Source: Phoronis australis
Taxonomy: Eukaryota > Animalia > Phoronida
Direction of reading: 5' to 3'
DNA: 64,000 bases
Assembly (NCBI GenBank): GCA_002633005.1
Contig: NMRA01000967.1
Location: forward strand, 13,640-77,639
Part shown: one piece after another, positions 54,271-64,000 of the stretch
How positions within the stretch are numbered: the first letter of the stretch is position 1
Layout: each line of letters begins with the position of its first letter
The notes under the pieces: generated by a model
The model's input: only the letters and a program-made list of their open reading frames with translations
Told to the model about the DNA's origin: nothing
Database searches by the model: none
Translations under genes and position numbers: made by a program

Positions 54271-55604
54271 CTGAAATATTAAGTAGTAAACACTGAGTGA
54301 AGGAGATGGAGCTAGTCAACACACTTCAAGAAAACCATCAGAGAAAGATAATATGGTGGCGTGTGTTCAACAGGTTTAAACAATTCATTAAGTATTTGAA
54401 TGATAACACTCTGACAGTAGCATGCCGAAAGGAGGGGGTGACAGGGCGACGGACCTTCACATCCAATCACTATTAATGTTTTTGAAGCAGCGACTAGTCT
54501 GTAGTTAATTGAATAAAGTCTCTATTTTATGTTTCATATTTTTTACTTTTCTTAGTGTTAAGGTCCATAAATTTGAGTAGAGAAAGAAGCATCCAATAAA
54601 AAATCGCTGCGTGCATCATCAACAAATCTCTGCATGCTACTGCACTCCCATCATAGGGCATGTGAGTCACTATTGCTAATCCAAACGAACATAGTCTGTG
54701 TTTCCAAACAGTATTGAGAGTAAAACAGAAAGATCTCTGAACAGATAATATTAAAAAAATATATTTTATCAACATCAGAGAAATTCAAAAAATAACGTCA
54801 GACAATTTAGATTACTCGGTTCTTATAACACATCAAACGGTTTACTTTAAAAATCAGCAGAGGTTTTCCAAGGCCAGTTTTTTGAGGTAAACCCTAGGAT
54901 GTGTTATAAGAACGGAGACATCCAGATGAGACTTTCTGGGTGTCATACAAGTTGTTAGCCTCATAACAGTGTTATTTGGAAACCACAAAACAGAGTACAA
55001 TGACACCTTCTACATCATTGAGATAACATAATAAAGCACATGGATATCCCTAAGATATCACATCAATAACCCCCCAAAATAGCATAGATATGAAGCTAAA
55101 ACATCGTGCAACTACAATATCATGCAGATCTTACTGCTGATATACAGTTGAAGGCCATGCAGTTTTACACGAGAAATTTTTTTTTCCAAAAACTGGAACA
55201 GTAGAACCATTCTAGTTGATACAATCTGTCACGGTTGAGGGCGTTACCTGAATAATTTTAAGATTAATGAGTTATAATACAGAATCGTGTGAACCATAAT
55301 TTTGCCTAAATCAAATTCATTGCAATGAAAGTGTCTTATACAGATTGTAATTACTATACGTTTCGCAACAAATAAATGCATTTGATACATCAGTGTCAAG
55401 CATCAATGCCAATCATGTCATTATTTTTTGCTCCTCCCATCTACTTCGAATTCTCAGATGAGGTAGTTCGTTTGTCTGAATCTCATAATCAGGGGTTTCC
55501 ACTACCAGTTATGTTGAAAAATAAGGGCACAAAAAAGTGACAGCAGCCAGCTAACACCCTCCCCATGAATTGTGGAGAACTCATACAGTGAGCACGGCAC
55601 GTAC

Positions 55605-55670
55605 CTTTCAGAATGTAGTCTGTCAACAGTCCTGGTGTGCTGGAACTGTCCTCGTTAATGGCTTCAAGAA
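55605..55670 (-). CDS. FEZ2: FEZ/UNC-76 penultimate exon
   Basis: Acceptor ctgttttcag, (I)LEAINEDSSSTPGLLTDYILK, donor gtacgt. Matches FEZ IL.AM.ED..KVP.LLTDYILK. Confidence 0.9.
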
Positions 55671-55752
55671 CTGAAAACAGCACCAATATACAATTTAAAC
55701 TGCTCAACAAACGAGAAGAGAAATACCGCATGTACATATACAAAGCGACAAG

Positions 55753-57809
55753 ACAAGAGCAAAGCGGAGCGTTGACATGCGCCCACGAATACATCGCAAA
55801 TGGTGTGCTTTTAGGGGGTTTTGTTTGTATCATAGAAATGGCCACTAGATGACACAAAATACGTCCAATCCATCTGAAAACCAGAAATTGTCACCGTTTC
55901 TTTAAAAGAAAGCCATTTACAACAACAACATGGCCACTAGGTGGCGCAAACTACGAATCCATCCGAAAACGAGAGGATAACGTCATCTCACTAATAGATG
56001 TCTATGTGCAAAATTTTATGGAAATCCGTTGAGGATATTTGAAGACACAGAGGTAAATGTAAAAAACTAAAACTGCCACTAGGGGGCACACCAGTACATC
56101 GATCTGTTCGAAAGTCGTCGTCATCCGTTGTCAACTTCATACAAGAGCAACGCAGAGCGTTGAAATGTGCCCACAATTGCACCGCATACGGTATCCTTCT
56201 AGGGTTGTTTATTGGTACCATAAAGTGGCCAGTAAAGGGCATATATGTAGTATGTTGTACTTAGCAAAATGGAAAGGCATGGTCATTGTCTCCTCAATAG
56301 GCTAGGGGCAAAATGTGAGTAATCTTCATAATACAAGCACATCCTATACACCAGTTGCTTAAAGCACCACAGAAACATAGAATTAAAAACAAATTTACCA
56401 ACATACGAGATTAGCACAGCATTAGAATGCCAGAAACAAATTTCTACTTGGAACTTTTCCTTCATAGTCACGAAGTAACACAAAGTATACACCTGAAGAC
56501 CTATGAAAATACAGAGGTCAATGTAAAATACTAAAATTGCCACTAGAGGCAAACACTAAAATTGCCACTAGAGGCATACCGGTAATCAGAATCATCCTAA
56601 AGTCGTCATCGTCCGTTGTCAACATCACATAAATACACTTGCTAAATTTAGTAAAGATCCTGCAAACGGTTTGGGAGATACAGCCATGGGCGCAAAAAAA
56701 CAAAACTGCCACTAGGAGGCGCCACAGTAGTCCAAATCGTCTGAAAATCATTGTCAGCTGTCTTCCTTATAGTAAGCACATACACGCCAATTTTCACAAT
56801 CATCCTTTGAGCGGTTTGGTTGATAGAGGGGTGGACGCAAAAATACAGACTCGAAAACAGTAAAAATGGCCACTAGGTGGCGCAAACTACGTCGAATCCA
56901 TCTGAAAACAGTAGGATAGCGTCATCTCACTAATAGGTGCCTACATACCAAATTTCATGAAAATCCGTTCAATACTTTTGAAGATACAAAGGTAAGCGTA
57001 AAAAACTAAAATTGCCACTAGGGGGCACACCGGTAGTCGGATTTGTCCGAAAGTTCGCACATGCCGTCCCATTCATGAATGGAACATATGTGCCAAATTT
57101 CATGAACGTATGTCAAAGGGTTTTGGAGATAGAGCAGCGGACGCCGGACGCCGCCCGGATGGACGGACGGACGGACGGACAGAGATGACGGCATAATGCG
57201 TCCACATATAAATATGTGGGCGCATAATAAATACATTTGCTAAATTTAATAAAGGTCCTGTAGAACGTTTAGGAGCCATAGGCGCAAAAACAAACTAAAC
57301 TGCCACTAGGGGGTGCCACTGTAGTCGAAGTCATCGTAAAATCATCGTCAATTGTCTTCCTCATAGTAAGAACACACATGCCAATTTTCACAATCATCCG
57401 TAAAGTGGTTTGGTAGTTAGAGGGGTGGACACCAAAAAAACGACTCGAAAACAGTAAAAACAGCCACTAGATGGCACAAAATGCCTCGAATCCATCCAAA
57501 TTCGAGAGGGTAGGGTCAACTCATTAAAACATTCCTACACGCCAGATTTCACAAAAATCGGTTGAGGACCTTTGAAGATAAAGAGGCAAACCTAAAAAAA
57601 CTAAAATTGCCACTAGGATGCACAGTGGTATTCGGGTCAGTCCGAAACTCGTCGCCCTCTGTCGTCAACCCCATAGGCACACGCTTGCCAAATTTCAATA
57701 AGATCCTGCAAGGGGTTTAGGAGATACAGCCGCGGACGCTGGATGCCCAGACAGAGATGACGGCAATATGCGACCACAAAAGTCATATAAATATGTGGGC
57801 GCATAATAA
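55753..57809 (-). mobile_element. Two nested HINE-like elements (inner copy 56141-57230)
   Basis: Two 3' hairpin ends (55753, 56141) and two 5' stem-loop ends (57230, 57809). The flanks of the inner copy rejoin into a normal unit: tcaacttcat / aatacatttgctaaattt. Confidence 0.85.
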
Positions 57810-57944
57810 TGAATTCAAAAGAAGTATAAGAACTAGTGTGCTGCATTAAAACTGCAAATGTACTCAGACGCAACAACACAGCAAAGTCTCTCCAAACTCA
57901 AATAAAAACAATACCCAAGATTTATGAATGTGTCAATCTGCACG

Positions 57945-58005
57945 GTTAGCAGAAGGTCCTGGGTTCATGTCCCGGTCGAAGCAAAAATCTTTTCAGACTT
58001 ATATT
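57945..58005 (+). repeat. Possible tRNA-derived SINE head fragment
   Basis: gcagaaggtcctgggttcatgtcccggtc resembles a Pol III B box. Short and degenerate. Confidence 0.3.
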
Positions 58006-58953
58006 CATTAGGTCACGCGATGTGGCCAACAAATAGCGCACAGACACGACCTAAATGCTTGCAATACCCAAGTTCGCCCCTTCTCAATTTTCTAGGTATT
58101 CTGCCGTTTGTGTACACGTCTACAACATTTCAAAGCACAATGTGATGATAGTTATTGTACAAAGGTTGAACATGGCAAAGCATTAGTCTTGTGTTGCATG
58201 TTCTTAATGGAAAAATGAGAAAATAGTGCCTCAATCATCCACCCTGCAGTTTCCTATATTGGGGAGATATTACATCTTTAGGCAATCTTCAACTGACACC
58301 TTTGTGAAACACTGAATCCAATTTTGGAACCACAACCCGATGTCGCTAACTTCAAACAAAACTAAATTGATCGCCGACACTGACTCTTGCCAGTGAACCA
58401 ATCAGTGAACTCCATTTGGTTCAGGTGTTATCATCTGTACTTAGGAATGCCAACTAACTGAACCAAGGAACCAAACAAAAGGGTTCCAGTCCAAAACATG
58501 AAGCACAATGAGCATTCAAAGATGGCAGTGCATGAGACGTCAAACCAATTTCTGAATGCAAAAAATAAGCTTTCCTAACCAAACACCCACGACATGTTGA
58601 GTGGTTCAAGAACCGATTTTAGGATTTGCGATTTGATTCTCAAATACTTTCCATCAGATTTCCCTGAACGGACTCTTTCAGAGCTTCAGAAAATTTACAC
58701 TTCCTCCAGAAAGTTAACTGACTGCTGCCTGGTGCACACCGTCCACATTGAAGTTACAAAGAAAAAGGTAAATCAAATACAGTCAACTGGTCCTAGACTA
58801 GTAACAGAACAGGTTGCATGTTGATATTTCTTAACATGATGGCTCTAAATATCTAGCAAGTCATTAGCTGTACATAGGGCGAAAGAAGTATCAGTGACAT
58901 GACACAGGCAGTTAAATGAACCGTGGTGACAGATTCGTAATAGAAGGACTCAC

Positions 58954-59029
58954 TTTTGATGAAGATCTGCAGCTTGTCTGACGATGGTACACCTTGACCA
59001 GCATGGTATGGGATAACAGTGGTCAGGTA
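58954..59029 (-). CDS. FEZ2: FEZ/UNC-76 exon YLTTVIPY
   Basis: Acceptor ctgttacag, YLTTVIPYHAGQGVPSSDKLQIFIK, donor gtgagt. YLTTVIPY...P...LQI is a FEZ1/FEZ2/UNC-76 hallmark. An invertebrate gene would be co-orthologous to FEZ1 and FEZ2. Confidence 0.9.
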
Positions 59030-59698
59030 CTGTAACAGACATAGAGTGTTACTGCATAAATGACAACTGCACACAAACAGATAACTATCTATTTACTGCT
59101 AGAGGAATGAGTATTAAGTAGGTTAATCAACAAATAAAATAAACATGTTTGGGGCCCATTATATCAATGTATTTATTGCTACAGTAAAGAGAATTATGTA
59201 AAGTTAATCGAGGCATAAAATAAACACATTGGGGGCCCATTATATGGACATATTTACTACTATAGCAATGACTATTAGGTAAATGTACGTTTTTCCAATG
59301 GTATAAGTAGGTCGTAATTAAGACAGCCATAGGCGAATGCAATTATAATGTATTGTAGACATTAAGTTGATAATTTTTCACACTCAGACTGAATGACCGC
59401 CTTCACAAGTCATGTTAATGAACTGTGTGCCAACTAAACTCGGAATTATGACCGTCTTGGCTGAGACTGGACTTACAACATTTGATGTAAGAGCCCCCTG
59501 GTAGTAATTATAATAACTACAAATGCTGACGCAACAGGGCATTAACCTAACCATTATCAGAACAGCATTGAATAATGCATTTCTCAAACATAAACAGAAC
59601 AGAATGTACATGTGTTAAGTCAATACTTCCTCATCACATCAGCCGCAGTCCTCGCCCTCTGCACACCCACTTACCACACGTGGTACGTGTACACTCAC

Positions 59699-59752
59699 CG
59701 TGCCAGCTTCTTTGGCCACATCCGGCGTAGTCTTGGCCCTCTTCATGATTTT
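59699..59752 (-). CDS. FEZ2: 3' remnant of an upstream FEZ exon (KIMKRAKTTPDVAKEAGT)
   Basis: Phase-0 donor gtgagt gives ..GT|YLTTVIPY, as in FEZ2. The 5' side runs directly into repeat sequence. Confidence 0.6.
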
Positions 59753-60561
59753 TGTGCGTCCACCCCTCTATCAACCAAACCGCTCAAAGGATGATTGTGA
59801 AAATTGGCATGTATATGCTTACTACGTAGAGGACGATTGACGATGATTTTCCGACGATTTGGACTACTGTGGCGCCTCCTAGTGGCAGTTTTGTTTTTTT
59901 TTGCTCCTATGGCTGTATCTCCTAAACCGTTCCCAGGATTTTTACGAAATTGTGTAAGTGTATTTATATCATGATGTTAACATTAGAAGATGACGACTTT
60001 TGGACGGATCCGACTACCTAGTGGCAATTTTATTTTTTTACGCTTACCTTTGTATCTTCAAAAGTCCTGAACGGATTTTCATGAAATTTGGTATGTAGGC
60101 ACCTATTAGTAAGATGACGCTATCCTCCCGTTTTCGGATGGATTCGACCTAGTTTGCGACACCCAGTGGCCATTTTTACAGTTTTTGAGTCTGTTTTTTG
60201 GCGTCCACCCCTCTATCAACGAAACCGCTATAAGTATGATTGTGAAAATTGGCATGTATGTTCTTACTATGAAGAGAACGATTGACGCTGAATTTCCCAT
60301 GACTTTGATTACTGTGACGCCTCCTAGTGGCAGTTTTTTTTCGCCCATGGCTGTATCTCCCAAACCGTTTGCAGGATCTTTACTAAATTTAGCAAGTGTT
60401 TTTATTTGATGTTGACAACGGACGATGACGACTTTAGGATGATTCTGACTACTGGTATGCCTCTACTGGCAATTTAAGTATTTCACATTGACCTCTGTAT
60501 TTTCATAGGTCTTCAGGTGTATACTTTGTGTTTCTTCGTGATTATGAAGGAAAAGTTCCAA
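59749..60561 (+). mobile_element. Truncated HINE-like element
   Basis: Units of ~445 bp (cacccctcta at 59761 and ~60206). No 5' stem-loop. Its tail is shared in inverted form with 56448-56550. Confidence 0.8.
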
Positions 60562-60659
60562 CAAACCACAAATTTGATGAAAATACTTCACTTGTACAGT
60601 CAAAAGAATCAATTTTCGAGACACAATTCTCACCTTGTTGCTTATTATGCGACACCTAC

Positions 60660-62866
60660 CGGATCTAGTATGTGAACGTTTTACATAAATCTGAACCGCT
60701 ATTTCTGAGATAGCAACCTATGAATCAAGAGAAATGTAGACGCTTTTTCTAGGGTCATACAAGATCTGAACTAGAAGGATCTTGACCTCGCCACCACTGG
60801 CAACAGACTAAAGATGTCGCTGAACCACCAACTCAAAACGACACCAGTCGGAAAAATAAAAATTCCCGGAAATTGCCTCTTCCATCAGGACGTGCACCAT
60901 AAGATGCTATCTTATCCAAAATGCAAATGACGATAAAAGTGTGTAAATTTCGTTATTAAAACGTTTTGGACTTGCTGATAGGTGCAGTTACAGTTCTCCA
61001 CCTGTGACAACTGTGTGGTTTCCAGGTCGCTGTAAAATATTTTAAGTGTTGGCTGGTTTTTAATTGCACGATGGGTTCTTCTAATGTATTAAAGCTTAGG
61101 TCGTGATGACACACTTTTAATCCCATGGACAGATCTGCCCATTTATCAATGGTATTACCATTCGCTTGGACTAGAGGTTTGTTACTTTTCTTGCCTGTGG
61201 ATTTGCGTTAACGCTAACGCACTTTCCAATCCCGTCCAACAAAGCACTAACATACAAACACAAGCACTAACATACGAAGACATACACCCCAAAATTAATC
61301 TAAATGGCATTTAAGGTCGCAAAAGCTATGATGAATGGAATATTTGATACCTTGTGCCGATGTAGAAGCAAGATGAAGCTGAGCAGTGCTTCTCGTGGTC
61401 GATTCAGTCATGTAGGTAGAAAGATTTTTCAATTGATCCGCGTACGGCAAATTGAAAGCAATTGATAGGTCGATTGTTTGTAAATTTTATCAATACGCGT
61501 TTTTTTTTTCCTATTTATACGCCATACCCATACCCAAAGATAACCTTCGTTTAATCAAAACGAAAGAAGAAAGATTTAAGACGAAAATTATAAAGCTAAG
61601 GTATCGTTACTTGGATTTCCTACTGCAGTGTGTACAGCTCAATACCTTGAACGTTCTCAAATCCCTACCCATAATACAACAAATGAAAACATTTTTAAAG
61701 GGTGCTATTAGGCCGAAGGTTCACAATTTCTAGAAAAACTTAATTATTAGTAAAACAGTTTGACAAGGACAAGATCTTTTCAATAGATGTGCTTGTGGTT
61801 AATTGAAAACAGTCGATTTTTCGATTATTTGTAAATTTTATCCATGCATGTTTTATCTATTTACACGCCACACCCAAGCCCCCACAATACCCCCATGACC
61901 CTTGGATAACCAAAACGAATTCCGAAAGATTTAAGGTGCAACTTATGAAGGTAAATTATCATTTCTTGCGTTTCACATTGCATTAACTATAAATAGTGTA
62001 CAGCTCAATGTGTTGAAGGTCGTCAAATCCGTACACGTAATACGGTAGGAAAACGTTTTTTAAAAAGGCCATATCAAATTGCTAGTTGAACAACGGTTTC
62101 AGTAACTTAATCGAAGTTTAATTGGTGAAAAGGTTCGAGATGTGATCTCAGAGACACCGTTGATGGCTTAAAATATGATCATTTCATTTTTGTTTCATGA
62201 ACGGAGTTTAAATCACAGCATTTGAAAGTTTTACCTAAATCTGAACTGCTATTTCTGGACGTTTTTCTAGGGTCATACAGGATCTTAACTAGCAGGACTC
62301 TGGCCTGGCCCTCACTGTCAACGAACCAAAGATAGCATTGAACCATCACCTTAAAATGACACCAGAGTCGAAAAGGTAAGAAATCTCGAAAATTGCCTCT
62401 TTTTGAGGGCGTGCACCATGAGATGGTATCAAGGTTCCGTTCACTTGTAAATATCATAGAATCTTCTGGTTTTTACTAAACGTTTGTACTCCTGTGAGTC
62501 ATCAAAATATGACCGACACTTCTTTGATTTGGAAAAGCGAAATGAAAAATTTAATCGCCAGTCATTCAAGCATTTGACTTTATTGATGTACACTGTTTCA
62601 CACCTCATTTCAGGGCACAGTTTCTCAAAAACCATAGAGCTTAGCACAAAAAGTGCACATTGATAGTAAGGCACCGTCATTAACAATAAGACCGAATTTC
62701 ATTTGAAGAAAATGGTCCAGATGTGAAATACGGTTTAGTGCTCTAAAATATGAGCATTTCATTTTCATTTTGTAGAAGGTATTTATATCATAGAATTGAA
62801 ATTTTACGTAAATTTGAACAGTTATTTCTGATACGAAGCTTTAAAGTTAGAGAAATGTAGACGTTT
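60660..62866. repeat. Old diverged direct repeats
   Basis: 60670-60910 resembles 62221-62430 and 62797-62866 (taaatctgaac..ctagggtcatac..gtgcaccat). 61450-61710 resembles 61800-62070. Confidence 0.7.
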
Positions 62867-64000
62867 TTATTCGCCCGCATATTTATATGTGAGTGTTTGT
62901 CATCTCTGCCTGCCCGGTTGTCGGGCGTCCGGGATACGGCGTCCACAGCTGTATCTCTTAAATCCTGACAGGATCTTGATGAGATGTAGCAGATGTGCTT
63001 CTATAAGGCTGACGACAGTTGACAAAGAATTTCAGACGGATCCGCCAACCGGTGGCATTTTTTTCCGTTTATCTCTGTTTCTTCAAAGGTCATCGGATTT
63101 TCATCAAACTTGACTCATGGGCCAATGAGATGGCAAATTTTACTGCCCTCGAGTATATTTTTGGCGCCTACCCCTCCATCAATCAAACCACTCTAAGGAT
63201 GATTGTGAAAATTGGCATATATGTTCTTACTGTGTAGAAGGCAGCGGACAACGGCTTTCCGACGACTTCGACTACCGTGACACCTCCTAGTGGCATTTTC
63301 CTTTGATTTTGCGCCCAGCCCATGGCTCTGCAAGATCTTTGTTAAATTTAGCAAGTATCCTTATTATGCGCCCACATATTTATATGTGGACGCATTATGC
63401 CGTCATCTCCGTTCGTCCGTCCGTCCGTCCGTCCGGGCGGCGTCCGTCCGGCGTCCGGCGTCCGCTGCTTTATATCCAAAACCCTTTGACATACGTTCAT
63501 GAAATTTGGCACATATGTTCCATTCATGAATGGGACGGCATGTGCGAACTTTCGGACGGATCAGACTACTGGTGTGCCCCCTAGTGGCAATTTTAGTTTT
63601 TTACGCTTACCTTTGTATCTTCAAAAGTCCTGAAAGGATTTTCATGAAATTTGGTATGTAGGTACCTATTAGTGAGATGACGCTATCCTCCCGATTTCAG
63701 ATGGATTCGACATAGTTTGCGCCACCTAGTGGCCATTTTTAGTGTTTTCGAGTCTGTTTTTGTGCGTCCACCCCTCTATCAACCAAACCGCTCAAAGGAT
63801 GATTGTGAAAATTGGCATGTATATGCTTACTATGTAGAGGATGGTTGACGATGATTTTCCGACGATTTCGACTACTGTGGCGCCTCCTAGTGGCAGTTTT
63901 GTTTTTTTGCGCCTATGGCTGTATCTCCTAAACCGTTCGCAGGATCTTTACAAATTGTGTAAGTATATTTATATGATGTTAACAACGGAAGATGACGACT
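62866..64000 (+). mobile_element. Nested HINE-like elements (inner copy starts 63361 and runs off the window)
   Basis: Outer 5' end tcgcccgcatatttatatgtgag. Inner 5' end ttattatgcgcccacatatttatatgtggacgcat plus (GTCC)n, very similar to the reverse complement of 56800-57230. Confidence 0.85.

Overview
This is eukaryotic, AT-rich, repeat-rich animal DNA with spliceosomal introns; a heterozygous marine invertebrate is my inference. It carries three intron-containing genes that the ORF track mostly misses. (1) A complete 3-exon HINT1-type histidine-triad gene (+, 12077-25804, 122 aa). (2) A 9-exon CNBD2-like protein with two cyclic-nucleotide-binding domains (+, 36812-50019, about 776 aa); exon 4 appears twice across a single N, most likely two haplotypes. 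(3) The 3' exons of a FEZ1/2 (UNC-76) gene (-, 54251-59752), whose most upstream visible exon runs directly into a repeat. The rest is a higher-order tandem array (1-4120), decayed LINE fragments, several MITEs and many copies, some nested, of a Helentron-associated (HINE/DINE-1/pearl-like) element. Its internal repeats each carry a CTCF-consensus-like motif. Two haplotype-type duplications flank assembly breaks. I found no clearly novel protein system; the best leads are the CTCF-motif-dispersing element, the truncated FEZ exon and a possible spliced minus-strand transcript entering the tandem array.
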